A stretch of DNA of 64,000 bases from Octopus bimaculoides (Eukaryota). A program made the translations under genes and the position numbers. The notes under the pieces are model-generated. The model was not told where the DNA came from. It ran no database searches and worked only from the letters and a program-made list of their open reading frames with translations. The stretch lies in assembly GCF_001194135.2 (NCBI RefSeq), contig NC_069004.1, positions 8,499,749-8,563,748 of the forward strand, given 5' to 3'. Shown here piece after piece: positions 45,604 to 58,633 of this stretch (its first letter is position 1; each line of letters opens with the position of its first letter).

Positions 45604-47507
45604 GTGGTCAGCAAGTTTAACCTAGAAAAGTGAAATATACAAATAAATAGAGTGCTAGAATACCACTTGCTAGAAAGATAAGTTAACACTCCAGAACCAC
45701 AAGTTTCTCACTATTAAGTGAGAAATTTATGTGTGTGTGTGTGTGTGTATAGATATATATATATATGTATATATATGTTGACACTCATATATATAATCAA
45801 ATACCATATATAAATCTTCGTCTCTGTATCTGTGTAGACATACAAACATACTTCCTCATAGATTAGTCACTAGTTCTAAATAATGTTACATATGATATTA
45901 TAGTGTTTTTGAATTTTGATATTTTCTCTTTTGAGATTGCCATGATTTCCATGTGATGCCACTATATTTAGTCCCTCTTCATTACTACAGCCATTACTGC
46001 TGTTGTTTGTGTCTTCATTTGACCCTGTTCTATCCTATCTGTGTCTCTCAGTTGATGTCTACTCATTGCACTAATAAGCAGTGACTTAATTACTGACAAC
46101 CATTAGCAAAATGATTATATCAAGGCTAACGGTTTCTAACAAAAAGCATAATTCCTTGAAATTTGAGGGTGCAACTTAGTTAATTAAATTCTCATCCAGT
46201 ACTTGATTGGCGTTTAATTTTCATGAATGAGGATTGGAAAGGCATATCTGACCATGACAAAATAAACTCGGAATTCAGATGAAAGAAATATAATTAAAAG
46301 CCACAATGCGTTTTACCAGCAGCTCTACTGATTTAACCACACCCCGACCTTATGATGGCAATGATGATAATGATTTCTTATAATGATAAACAAGTAAACC
46401 CCTACAGAAAATCCTGTGGGAGGGGCCCTAAGGCAGATATTTATAGTTATACTTGGTCAATATCTGAGATCTCCTGTGGCTCTATAGTTGCTGTGAAAAT
46501 ATTGACTTGTCTTTCCTTTGTTGTGTATCCTTGACTGGAGAGGTGGCAAGTGTATTGGAGACTGGGCATTTGCTTCTGGAAACAGCCGAAGCACAGCAGA
46601 AGTTCTTAAGTTACTGTCTCTACGATATCATTGATCAGTTATGAAAAGGCAGGCCATTTTATGTTTTACATTCACCTGATTTATAGGTGTAATGGCACTG
46701 AATTGTAAAGAAGTTTGCTTTGTGATCACGAGGTCTGGTTCAGTTTCATTGCTGAAATACAAAACTTAGAAGAACAAGACAAATGGACACAGCTAATGGG
46801 ACTTTGATGCTTTGGCTCAGCTGACAGGATGTTCAATCTGTTTTGTTGATAGTACTTTTTGGCGCCAGAGACAAACATACACAGAGACACAGACAAATGC
46901 ACACACACACATACACTCGCAGAAACATACTGAGAGAGAGAAAAAAAGAGAGAGAAAACATTACACATACATATAGACATAATTAGATGCTCACACACAT
47001 AAGCAAAGAGAGACAGACAGACAGACAAACAGAGAGGTGGGGAAAAAAAAAACAAGAGAAATATTAAAGTGTCTACTATCAAATAAGTTAGTGTTGAATT
47101 AGCGATGCCAAATAGATGGTGCTGAAACAGCTGTACCAAAATATCTCATACACTTCAGAGCTGTATAGGGGTAATGGAGAATCAGATAAAATGCCTTATT
47201 GTATTTTATTTCAATCCTTTATGTTCCAAGTTCAAATTGTTGGGGGTCAAATAAGATACCAGTCAGATGTTGGCGTCAATCTAATAGAGAGTGCATTTCT
47301 GATTTTGTGGTTTTGTGTTTTTGTAAAAGTATTTTTAATTCTTTGGTAAGAAGCTTATATATATATATATGGCTACACCAGGCTCCAATCTGATTTGAAA
47401 CTCTGCCAAATTAGACTGGAGCCTGGTGTAGCCATCTGGTTTCACCAGTCCTCAGTCAAATCGTCCAACCCATGCTAGCATGGAAATTGGACGTTAAACG
47501 ACGATGA

Positions 47508-47546
<39 letters not shown>

Positions 47547-48363
47547 TTTACACCTACATATATATATATTGTGTGTATGCATATTTGAAATATATAAACA
47601 CTGGTAGTTTAGGGATTCTACGTTATCTCTNNNNNNNNNNTATATATATATATATACACACACATTTACACCTACATATATATATATTGTGTGTATGCAT
47701 ATTTGAAATATATAAACACTGGTAGTTTAGGGATTCTACGTTATCTCTTATGATTTTATATGTGTGTCATCACATGACACTTAGTAACCCATGTGATCAT
47801 GAACTTAAAAAAAAATTACATTGAACATTGTTGGGGTGCGGCTGATTGTTAAGTTGGAGTGGGGGGGGAGAGAACAGAGCTCAACATGTGACTCTGTGGT
47901 GAACTTTAAAAACGGCTGAGAAATATCGTGAATAGAGCAAAGGTGCCTAGTGTGGGTGTGAGGAGAGTGCTGAACATATTAGGCTTAAAATCCCTCTACT
48001 TCTCTCTTTCTTACTGTTTCTGTATCTTTCAGCTGTCAACATCTGTCCCACCATACCCTGCCACTGCTTAAATAGGACAAACGCATATATGTATATAAAC
48101 ACAAGCACATTAATATATAGAAACACACGTACACACATACACACACAAACACATCGGTGCATTACCTACAGAGGAAAAAACGCATAAGTGTGGATTGGCA
48201 GGGGGGGGGGGATCGTTACAGTAGGAAACAAAAATGTGTAACGGTATTTAGTTACGATTCTTTACATAATGATTGCATTGCCCATGGTGGGCAGCTCAGT
48301 TTTTCACCCTCGCTCCCTCTCTCTCTTTCTAGCTGTCTATTTATCTATATGTATGCATGTATG

Positions 48364-48398
<35 letters not shown>

Positions 48399-49449
48399 TT
48401 TTCTCCCCCCCTTTTTTCTTTCCAACGATCCCTTTTGATCAACTCCTCCTTTTTTTTTTCCTCTCCTTCCTCCTCCCAAAAAGAAAAGCTCTACATTGTA
48501 TTTGTCCCGTCTGTGTTTCACCCTGTGTGGCTAATAAAAGAAATCGGATCTATTTTAAAACGGGGGCCACATTTTTCATTAATGTTTTACGTAGTGTTTT
48601 TGGTACCGAAAGACTTTCAAACTCCGTATACTTATCTATTTTGTGTTATAGAACAGAAAAATATTTTTGTATTCGAATTTATTTCATGTAAAAAATTGTC
48701 TTATTTCGATAATTTCAACCAATCACTGACAAGTATTCAGTTGTTTATATTTNNNNNNNNNNNNNNNNNNNNNNNNNNNNNNNNNNNNNNNNNNNNNNNN
48801 NNNNNNNNNNNNNNNNNNNNNNNNNNNNNNNNNNNNNNNNNNNNNNNNNNNNNNNNNNNNNNNNNNNNNNNNNNNNNNNNNNNNNNNNNNNNNNNNNNNN
48901 NNNNNNNNNNNNNNNNNNNNNNNNNNNNNNNNNNNNNNNNNNNNNNNNNNNNNNNNNNNNNNNNNNNNNNNNNNNNNNNNNNNNNNNNNNNNNNNNNNNN
49001 NNNNNNNNNNNNNNNNNNNNNNNNNNNNNNNNNNNNNNNNNNNNNNNNNNNNNNNNNNNNNNNNNNNNNNNNNNNNNNNNNNNNNNNNNNNNNNNNNNNN
49101 NNNNNNNNNNNNNNNNNNNNNNNNNNNNNNNNNNNNNNNNNNNNNNNNNNNNNNNNNNNNNNNNNNNNNNNNNNNNNNNNNNNNNNNNNNNNNNNNNNNN
49201 NNNNNNNNNNNNNNNNNNNNNNNNNNNNNNNNNNNNNNNNNNNNNNNNNNNNNNNNNNNNNNNNNNNNNNNNNNNNNNNNNNNNGAAGTGGGTTCCACAA
49301 AAAAATTCTAGTATTATACATAAGATGAATTTTAATGAAATTAAATAAAAAGCTAAAAAAATTAATGAGTGGGTACTGAAAAGTTCCTGGCTTTGGATAA
49401 AAGAAAATATGTAACCTTGCTCTCAGCAGAGGTAACTGTATATATTTAG

Positions 49450-49700
49450 GGTGCAATACATAAATTGTCGCCATTTTATATTTTTAATTTCATGTGTGCA
49501 CATTGTTTGTTTTTGATTTTGTTGACTACACAGTATAGTAGGATCACTTGGGCACCGTCTGTGAGAAAACAGTACCATTGACACAATTCACTTTGCCAAA
49601 AATTTGAAAACGACATGCTGTACTGCTTGGCATTCATGCCGAAAGCTCCAATTTGAACATTTAAGAGTGTTTGGGTGTCAATCTGAGGACATGTACACAA
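49450..49700 (+). mobile_element. Probable Tc1/mariner 5' fragment (N-terminal HTH relic)
   Basis: TQFTLPKI*KRHAVLLGIHAESSNLNI*ECLGVNLRT resembles a transposase N-terminal HTH. Preceded by a TA-GGGTG terminus-like sequence. Confidence 0.45.
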
Positions 49701-50170
49701 AGTTTTTCTGTGAAAAATTGCACAAATCTGTCCTGATCAGGAGGCCTATCTGGCCTGAGCATTCTACCTGTTTTAAGTTAAGTTTAAGTAGTAGTTGTTG
49801 TTGTTTTAGTTGACACAGTGAGTTGGTGGAAATAATATTGTCAGACAAAGGCTTTTATACGAGCATTGAGTTCAATATGTGGTGCTTATATAGCACTTAG
49901 GTGACATGCAGTGCTGCAGATGACCTGACATCTTGCGCAAGTTCCATTTACAATGTGTTAGTAGAATACTGTCTTAACAATTCTTGTCCAACCCATGCCA
50001 GCATGGAACAAAACAAAGACAAAAAAAGGACCAACATAAAAGCAATGACGATGGTGATGGTGACGGTGATGATGATGATGGTAGTGTTGGTGATGATTGA
50101 TGGTGGTGGTGGTGGTGGTGATGTTGGCGGAGGCAACACTCTTATACATATTTCCTTCTCTCTCTTTCAG

Positions 50171-50294
50171 TTATTCATTTTTCCATGCAACCCGTAAAAC
50201 GCTCAGCAATGTCAAATCTTCCATCTCTGATGAATGGACAACCGAAGGATTCTTCAAAAGCAACAGAACCCATCTCAGGATCTTACCTAATGAA
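50171..50294 (+). CDS. SLC37A3: SLC37A3-like coding exon 2
   Basis: ttcag|(S)YSFFHATRKTLSNVKSSISDEWTTEGFFKSNRTHLRILPNE|gtaagg. Compare SLC37A3 YSLLHASRKTFSNVKVSISEQWT. Confidence 0.92.
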
Positions 50295-50412
50295 GTAAGG
50301 ATTTGTTTTCTTTTTCCTTTTTTTTTTTTTTTTTTTTTTTTACATACATGTCCCAGTTGTGTGGTTTAGAAATTTGGTCCCCAACCACATCATGTCCCAC
50401 CATCACCTAGAC

Positions 50413-50609
50413 CAGTGCTCCACAAACCTTTTTCCACTTGTGGTACACTTATATTCTTTTTAAAAATTCAGCAGCACACCTGAACTAAAAACATAACTAA
50501 AAGTGTGGGGAAAAAAATTACATTCAGATTATACTGTGGCACACCTAGCATCATCTCGTGGCACCCGTGGCACACAAGTGAGCTGTGGCACACCAGTTGT
50601 GGAGCACTG
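50413..50609. mobile_element. hAT (Charlie/Buster-type) MITE, 197 bp
   Basis: Perfect 13-bp TIR CAGTGCTCCACAA / TTGTGGAGCACTG, perfect 8-bp TSD ACCTAGAC (50405-50412, 50610-50617), repeated GTGGCACAC subterminal motifs. Confidence 0.92.
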
Positions 50610-50844
50610 ACCTAGACAACAAGTATTAGTTTATTTAATTCCTCATAACTTAGCACTTCAGCAAAAGAGACCAATAGAATATGTACCATATTTAAAAAAA
50701 TAAAAAAAAAGCTCTTGGGTCAATTTGATTAACTAAATCCTTCGAGGTGGTGCCCCAGCATGGCCGTACTTCAGTGTCTGAAACAAGTGATGAAAGATAA
50801 AATTAAGATATCTAACCATCAAACATTTCTCTTTTCTGTCACAG

Positions 50845-50934
50845 ACATGGAACAGTCGTTCTGTATTCGATCAGAAGGAAGCAGATATTTTCCTTGGTTA
50901 CATGGACACCAGTTTTATGCTGTTTTATTCTTTC
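50845..50934 (+). CDS. SLC37A3: SLC37A3-like coding exon 3
   Basis: cacag|TWNSRSVFDQKEADIFLGYMDTSFMLFYSF|gtaagt. Confidence 0.9.
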
Positions 50935-52017
50935 GTAAGTAAATTCTTTTCCTTTTTTTTCCCTTTAATTTGTTGCTTGTGGGGCTGGGTAGTGTTAGCA
51001 CTTTGTTTTTCTTTTTATTCATCTTTATTTGTTGTCGTTTAACTCCAGGTAAATAAACAATGAAATAAACTATGTAGCTGTGACTAGTATTTTCTGAAAT
51101 TTTGACTCTTTAGTATTTAAACTGGCCATGTTCAGCCCAAATGTTCTACCAGCCCAAATGTTCTACCAGCTCAAACCAGACAGATCCAGTCTGTCACTCC
51201 TTCCATACAACATTACTGTAAATATAAAAAAACACTGTGTAAAAATTTTTGTCCTTTGGTAGCAACTGTTATTTCCTATGTGCTGACCCCTAGAAAGTAT
51301 GAAAAATGGCTAATATTTCCTTCAAACCTTGCTTTTGTTACATTTATTCAAACCCCAAAGGATCCCTCTCAACACATAGCCATGATGCTCTCCCACTACA
51401 CTTGCTTATGATCAGAGATCCATATATCAGCTACCAAAGGACATGCTTAAGTGGTTATGGTCAAGCAGCTGACAAGCAAATCTGTGGTACTGAGCAGAAT
51501 ATTTGCTATTCCTGCTTCAGCAACTCAATGCTGAATCTCTCTGAAATGTAATGAAAAATACCGTAAATCCTCGAGTATAGTCCGCCCTTGAGCATAATAC
51601 GCAGGGGATTTTTAGAGGGCTGTACCTCTGAAAAACCTAAACCTTTTGTAATTTCACGAAAGGGTTTAAGATAGTAAAAAGACTCCCTTCCACACTAAGT
51701 ATTTTGTAGATTTTCATAGATTTCCCCATCACCATTAGTGCCACCAAAAGTAATACATTTTCATCTTCTATTCGTATTACTTTCATCTATTTATTATCAT
51801 TTTTATCTCACTTTTTTCTCACTTTCATCTAATTATTATTTATTGTCTCATTGTCATTTCATTTCTGTTTCATTTTCTTCTCATTTCATGAACACACTTT
51901 CATTTCATTTTCATTATTGTTTTATTTCATCTTCATCTTTCTGTTATCTAATTTTCCTTCTCATTTTCATCATGCTTTTATCTGAATTTTTTTTAATTTC
52001 TTTTCTTATATTTTCAG

Positions 52018-52049
52018 GGTTTGTTTCTGTCTGGTTACCTTGGAGACAA
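52018..52049 (+). CDS. SLC37A3: SLC37A3-like coding exon 4
   Basis: ttcag|GLFLSGYLGD+AA|gtacgt. First half of MFS motif A (G.xxGD[RK]). Confidence 0.88.
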
Positions 52050-53343
52050 GTACGTATTATCCGCATCTGTTTGCTCTATAGTAATAACCAATACTTCCTT
52101 ATCAAATATAAGAGGAGCATAGCCTAGTAGTTAAGAAAGTTACACTCATGATTTTAAAGTTGTGGTTTCAAGTCCAAAGCAGAGCAGTGCAACCTGTTCT
52201 CGAGCAAAACAAAATGACAGGCTTCTTTCAGTTTCTGCCTATCAAATTCACTTATAAGGCTTTGGTCAGCTTCAGGCTACGGTAGATGATGACTGGTCAA
52301 GTTGGCACACAGTGGGATTAGACTCCAAACCATGTATACATACATGCATACACATACACATATACATACACACATGTATATCTCTATACAGGTATATGTG
52401 TGTGTGTGTGCATGTGTATGTATGTATGTATGTTTATGTATGTATAGCTGATAAAAGTGGATTTAAAAATCCAAGCTGTATCATCAGTCATCACTCCTGC
52501 AAATACCAGCTAAGAGCATGTACAGAAGTGGACTGCTTTCTTTAAACAAAACCATTCGTACAAACTCAAATTTCAGGAATAATTTAATAGTCCTGCAGTA
52601 AGTCATGATGTATCTGAACCTTGTATTGTTGAAATGATCATCAAGAAGGAATAAACGTAATATAACTTCCATTCTTGGACTTGTTATACATACATATGGA
52701 CAGACAGATATTAATATATACACAGACATCTCAAAAGTACATAGACACCGCTCATTATACCATTTGATCTGTGCAGATACTATGCTTTAGTACAATACTT
52801 AAATAGGTTAAATTATTAAAAACTGCACAAGGCATGTCTCCTAAATACTAGACTATGTATTGACATGCATCAAATGACATTATTTTGTCTTTGAAAATAA
52901 TCCTTCAAAGATAATGGTGTCTATTTACTTTTGAGATGTCTGTGAGTGTGTGTGGGTATGTGTGTATTTATACATATATATATGTGTGTGTGTTTGTATT
53001 TATACATGTATGTCTGTACCTAAATATATATATATTACATATAGAGTCTTTAATGCTTATACGAGCATATCTAAATACTCAACTTACATAAAAATACCCA
53101 AATTCTTCCCCACAGCACTACAGCATCACCATAGGCTACACTCACACTCACACTCACACACACATAGGGTTAAGACACCTTTCGGTCATGAATGACCATG
53201 GGAGTGCACCTAGAAAGTACCTCCCTGGGGTTTTTTAATATTTTTTAATATTTTTAAAAAAACAATTCTCTGAAATTTAGTTTTTGAATTGACCTTTTTT
53301 TTTTTTTTTAAATAATTCTTTTTGTGATCTCTCTTTCTTATAG

Positions 53344-53395
53344 ATATGAACTCCGGAAGGTTCTGTCATTTGGAATGTTCAGCAGTGGTGTCGTG
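53344..53395 (+). CDS. SLC37A3: SLC37A3-like coding exon 5
   Basis: tatag|(K)YELRKVLSFGMFSSGVV|gtacgt. Compare LNLRWVLSFGMCSSALV. Confidence 0.9.
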
Positions 53396-53705
53396 GTACG
53401 TATCTATTCATTGAACTATATACATTCTCAATATTTCAGTTTCTGCCTTTTTATAACAACCTCTACTAATTACTAACATCCAAATTATTATTTTTGTTAT
53501 TTAGGTCTTGCAATGGCCAAAATAGTCGACACCCTTTTGGGGTCGATAAATAAGTACTAGAGTCAATATAGTTGACTTGACCCCTCCCCCCAAAATTGCT
53601 GGCCTTGTGCCAAAATTTGAAGTTAATATTTAGATATCTTGGAGCAATGAGTTGGCAGAATAGTTAACATGCCAGACAAAATGGTCAGCAGAATTTCTTT
53701 TGGCT

Positions 53706-53951
53706 GAAGAATTTCTTGAAGGCGGCGAGCTGGCAGAATCGTTAGCACACCGGGCGAAATGCTTAGCGGTATTTCATCTGCCGTTACGTTCTGAGTTCAA
53801 ATTCCGCCGAGGTCGACTTTGCCTTTCATCCTTTCCGGGTCGATAAATTAAGTACCAGTTACGCACTGGGGTCGATGTAATCGACTTAATCCCTTTGTCT
53901 TTCCTTGTTTGTCCCCTCTATGTTTAGCCCCTTGTGGGCAATAAAGAAATA
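53706..53951 (+). mobile_element. tRNA-derived SINE (family C), young copy nested in an older copy of the same family
   Basis: A box TGGCAGAATCG, B box GAGTTCAAATTCC, perfect 16-bp TSD AGAATTTCTTTTGGCT (53690-53705, 53952-53967). Many older fragments elsewhere (e.g. ~45340, 58170-58560, 60190-60520, 63070). Confidence 0.85.
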
Positions 53952-54082
53952 AGAATTTCTTTTGGCTTTATTTCTGAGTTCAGATTCCACTGAGGTCAAC
54001 TTTGCCTTTCATCTTTCCGGGGTCGATATAATAAGTTACCAGTCAAGTATTGTGGTTGATGTAATCAATTTGGCGCCTTCTC

Positions 54083-54882
54083 CAACCACATGATTCTGGG
54101 TTCAGTCCCATTGCATAGCACCTTGCACACGTGTCTTTTTCTATAGCCTCATGCCAACCAAAGCTTTGCGAGTGAATTTGGTAGTTGGAAACTGAAAGAA
54201 GCCTGTTGTATATATATGTGTATCGTTGCCAGTGCCCCTGGACTGGCTTGTGCGGGTGGCACATAAAAGACACCATTTCGAGCGTGGCCGTTTTCGTGCG
54301 GGTGACACGTAAAAGCACCCACTACACTCTCTGAGTGGTTGGCGTTAGGAAGGGCATCCAGCTGTAGAAACTCTGCCAAATTTAGATTGGAGCCTGGTGT
54401 TGCCATCCGGTTTCACCAGTCCTCAGTCAAGTCGTCCAACCCATGCTAGCATGGAAAGCGGACGTTAAACGATGATGATGATGATCATCATCATCATCAT
54501 CATCATCGTTTAACATCTGTTTTCCATGCTGGCATTTTACACCAGACATGTCGCCTTACTGGCACTTATGCCGGTGGCATGTGAAAAGACATTTGAGCGA
54601 GGTCATTGCCAGTGCCGCTGGACTGGCTCCTGTGCAGGTGGCACGTAAAATACACCATTTTGAGCGTGGTCATTGCCAGTATCGCCTGACTGGCCTTCGT
54701 GCAGGTGACACGTAAAAGCACCTACTACACTCTGAGTGGTTGGCGTTAGGAAGGGCATCCAGCTGTAGAAACTCTGCCAAATCAGATTGGAGCTTTGTGT
54801 AGCCATCTGGTTCGCCATTCTTCAGTCAAATCGTCCAACCCATGCTAGCATGGAAAGCGGACGTTAAATGATGATGATGATG
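54083..54882 (+). mobile_element. Two adjacent repeats ending in an RTE-LINE-like 3' tail (family B)
   Basis: Both end ..TCGTCCAACCCATGCTAGCATGGAAAGCGGACGTTAAA(C/T)GATGATGATG. The first is preceded by a family A head. Similar tails at ~3740, 15360, 37900, 41130, 47370, 56380 and 63620. Confidence 0.75.
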
Positions 54883-55057
54883 TACACCCACATCATAACA
54901 CCTACCATGCAGCTTCTCACTTGTGCAGGTTTTACTCTAAAATATGTTTAGTCCATAATGTGAAGTAGTTTATGATAGAAAGGCCATTCAACTGTAAAAT
55001 ACACAACAAAGAATATTTTTAATGTTTTTTTTTATCCTTGGTTTTATCTACTTTTAG

Positions 55058-55203
55058 GTTCTTTGCTTTGGCTATGTAACTGAAGCGACACACGTTTACA
55101 AAAAATATTTATATATGATTCTGATGGTACTCAATGGTCTTCTGCAGTCTTTAGGGTGGCCATGTGTTGTTGCTATTATGGGAAACTGGTTTGGAAAATC
55201 AAG
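55058..55203 (+). CDS. SLC37A3: SLC37A3-like coding exon 6
   Basis: tttag|VLCFGYVTEATHVYKKYLYMILMVLNGLLQSLGWPCVVAIMGNWFGKS+AG|gtattc. NGLLQS.GWPCVVA.MGNWFGK is a hallmark of the SLC37 family. Confidence 0.95.
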
Positions 55204-55368
55204 GTATTCTTTTGAAACTATTTACTTTTCTCTCTTTTTTTTTTTAGTTTCTTTTTCCAATTTTTTTTTATTGTATGTCAATTAATTCTTTGTTTCTATG
55301 CTTCAGTTTAGAAAATATTAACATCAGACAGTAGCCTCAAGGTCACACACATGAACACATATACACAT

Positions 55369-55742
55369 TTGTTGTTGTTGGCACTCCGTCGCTTACGACG
55401 TCGAGGGTTCCAGTTGATCCGATCAAGGGAACAGCCTGCTCGTGAAATTAACGTGCAAGTGGCTGAGCACTCCACAGACACGTGTACCCTTAACGTAGTT
55501 CTCGGGGATATTCAGCGTGACACAGTGTGACAAGGCTGGCCCCTTTGAATTACAGGCACAACAGAAACAGGAAGTAAGAGTGAGAGAAAGTTGTGGTAGA
55601 AGAGTACAGCAGGGTTCGCCACCATCCCCTGCCGGAGCCTCGTGGAGCTTTAGGTGTTTTCGTTCAATAAACACTCACAGCGCCCAGTCTGGGAATCGAA
55701 ACCGCGAGTCCGCTGCCCTAACCACTGGGCCATTGCGCCTCC
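55369..55742 (-). mobile_element. tRNA-derived SINE (family D) with 14-bp TSD
   Basis: TSD ACACATATACACAT (55355-55368, 55743-55756). Near-identical to 10747-11088. Confidence 0.87.
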
Positions 55743-55889
55743 ACACATATACACATGCACACATACTTAGTCTCTCATTCAGTCTCCACTCAGTTTCTAT
55801 TCTGTCTCTTCTCTGTCTCTGTTCAATCTCCACTCAGTTTCTACTCAGCCTCCACTCACTATATGATATTTTATGCTTCTCTCTTTCAG

Positions 55890-55986
55890 CCGTGGTTTTA
55901 TCTTAGGTCTTTGGAGCTCTTGTGCCTCTGTGGGTAACATCATTGGTGCTCTAGTCACTGCACGTGTACTAAAGTATGGCTATGAG
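55890..55986 (+). CDS. SLC37A3: SLC37A3-like coding exon 7
   Basis: ttcag|(S)RGFILGLWSSCASVGNIIGALVTARVLKYGYE|gtatgt. Compare RGVVFGLWSACASVGNILGACLASSVLQYGYE. Confidence 0.95.
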
Positions 55987-56184
55987 GTATGTCTGATACA
56001 CTACTAATAACTCTATTTCTACTACATCCACCCGTAGAGTACAGGTATGATGTACACCTGAAACTCTGCTACTAAAACTACGTCTTCCTAGCATTAATTC
56101 TATTTCAGTTCATTATCATTTGTCACTGGTTAACCATTTGACCAGTTAACTAATCAATTGTTTGATAAATTATTTGGTTAATCA

Positions 56185-56334
56185 ATTAATCAGTTACATT
56201 TGTTAAAGTCCTTTCATTGCTATTCATGACTTCATCCGGACATGCCATCTCCATTGACCTGCAATAGAGAAGGCATGTCATTGATGAGGTTGTGACTAGC
56301 AATGAAAGGACTTTGACAAACCTAGCTGATTAAT
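56185..56334. repeat. Long inverted repeat (~70-bp stem, 5-nt loop) in SLC37A3 intron 7
   Basis: 56185-56256 pairs with 56262-56334 with a few mismatches and one bulge. Confidence 0.85.
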
Positions 56335-56488
56335 TAATTGACTGAACAATTAATTAAATCGAATCATCATCATCATCATCATTTAACATTTATCTTCTAT
56401 GCTAGCATGGGTTGAATTTTTAGACAGGAACTGGTAAGCCTGTAGACTATGCCAAGCTCCAATGTCTGCTTTGGCATGGTCTTTACGG

Positions 56489-56870
56489 CTGGATGCCTTT
56501 CCTAATGCCAACCACTTTACAGAGTGGACCAAGTGCTTTTTATGTGGAACCAGCACCAGTGAGGTCTGTTTTGGCATGGGGTTTTTTTTACTGCTGGATG
56601 CCCTTCCTAATGCCAACCACTTTACAGAGTGGACCAAGTGCTTTTTATGTGGAACCAGCACCAGTGAGGNNNNNNNNNNTTTTTTACTGCTGGATGCCCT
56701 TCCTAATGCCAACCATTTTACAGAGTGGACCAAGTGCTTTTTATGCGGAACCAGCACCAGTGAGGTCTGTTTTGGCATGGGTTTTTTTTTACTGCTGGAT
56801 GCCCTTCCTAATGCCAACCACTTTACAGAGTGGACCAAGTGCTTTTTATGCGGCACCAGCACTGACAAGG
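56489..56870 (-). repeat. Four ~105-bp tandem units inside a family B repeat
   Basis: CTGGATGCC starts at 56489, 56594, 56690 and 56795. A 10-N gap lies between units 2 and 3. Confidence 0.8.
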
Positions 56871-57182
56871 TCACAGCATAATTTGAAAGATAAAATACTG
56901 TTAAGCATTTTGTCTGACATGCTAACCATGCTGCCAGCTCGCTGCCTAGGCCTGGCTGATAGGAGTTCCCCATATGACAGTAACAATACTGTCACATTCT
57001 GTCTCACCAATACGACTATTATAATACAATTCTCTAATACTCCAGTGTAACTGTAACACAACTGTTTCTCAGTCCCCATAACATCCCTAGCATAGTGTCT
57101 TTATAATCCATCCAGCTGCCTTTCCTAGTATTTACTGTAACAGAGTTTGCAAAACCTTTTACGCTGTTTGTTTTTATTTCAG

Positions 57183-57267
57183 TATTCCTTTCTAATTACA
57201 TCCACATTTCTGATAGGACTTGCAATTATCAACTTCTTCAGCTTGATCAGTTCTCCAGCTGATTTAC
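57183..57267 (+). CDS. SLC37A3: SLC37A3-like coding exon 8
   Basis: ttcag|YSFLITSTFLIGLAIINFFSLISSPADL+C|gtaagt. Compare YAFLVTASVQFAGGIVIFFGLLVSPEEI. Confidence 0.92.
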
Positions 57268-58633
57268 GTAAGTACACATCACAACTTTTGTCTCAGATAT
57301 AATTCCATTTGCATTTAGAATGTGTTATAGGACTATAAATGATCTCATTACTTGAGAAATTTTATTTTATCAATCACAAAAGGATAAAAAGCACAGAATG
57401 TAAAAGTGCTATTAAATACTGTGAAACATTTTGTTCGACAACTGCTGTATATTAATCATTGGTATTGATAATGCAAGAAAGTAAATCTGAAACTTCTATA
57501 TGAACCCTTCTTCTATTGAGTAACTGACATTAACTTTAGTATTCTGATTATTCTGTCAAATATAATGCTTATTCATTCCCATTGTTTGAATTAACTATGC
57601 ATTATGTTGTATATTTTTAGTATGAAATTGTAGAGCAGATGTGAGAGGCCAAATCTGACAGATTGAGTTTGCCACTCAGTAACAGATGAATTTTTTCCTA
57701 AAGGCTTCCATGCAATTTCTTTCACCTCTACTAATCTTCACTCCCATGCTTTGATCAACCTGTGGCAATGGTTTGCTAGAAAAAAGACACTTGCCTATAA
57801 TCAAGGCTGATTTGAGGTTAAAGCAATTATACATCGATATTGGGAATAATTTGGCTGCTTTGATAAAACGTGAAATATTTGGGCCGGATATGGCCGGTTA
57901 AAATTCTAAAAGGTTAAATTAATATGGAGACGTGGGTGGTAGGTAACAGACTGTATTGGATGAACCACATTTATAAAATCATCAAAAAGGCTAAAGGTGT
58001 CTTTGCACCATTCCATAAAATTTTGTCAGCCACTCACCTTTCATCCTTTTGTAATTGATAAAATAAATTCCAGTTGGTCTTGTGTCAAAATTTGAAACCA
58101 TATATATTGTTGCTACTGCTGCAGTTAGTGATGTGGTGGCTGCCACCTGTGGTACCTTGCAGCACCAGATAAAATTTGTAGTTGCATTTTGTCTGTTTTT
58201 ATGAGTTTAAATTCTTCTGAGGTTGACATTACTTTTCATCCCTTTTGAGGTTGATAAAATAAGTACCAGCTAAGCACTGGGGGTCAATGAAATCAACTTC
58301 ACCCTTTCCTCTAAACTTGCTGGCTTTGCTGCCAAAATTTGGAATCACAAGCTGGCAGAATTGTTAGCATCCAGGGCAAAACTCTTTCTGGCATTTTGTC
58401 TGTCATTACATTCTGAGTTCCAATTTCACTAGGATCAACTTTGCCTTTCATCCTTTCAGGGTTGATAAAATAAGTACCAGTTAAAAACTGGGGTTGATTT
58501 AATCAACTTAGCCTCTCCCAAACCTTCTGGCCTTGTGCCAAAATTTAAAATCATCATCATCATTATCATCATCATCCTCATCCTCATCATCATCATCATC
58601 ATTATTATATTTTTCCCTTCTTTTGTTTTTCAG

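Noticed and set aside
47505-47750. Apparent ~110-bp direct duplication
   Set aside because: The copies are identical apart from microsatellite length and flank a 10-N gap, typical of unmerged contig overlap.
51738-52127. 129-aa hydrophobic ORF
   Set aside because: Low-complexity TTTCAT-rich intron upstream of SLC37A3 exon 4; only 52018-52049 is coding.
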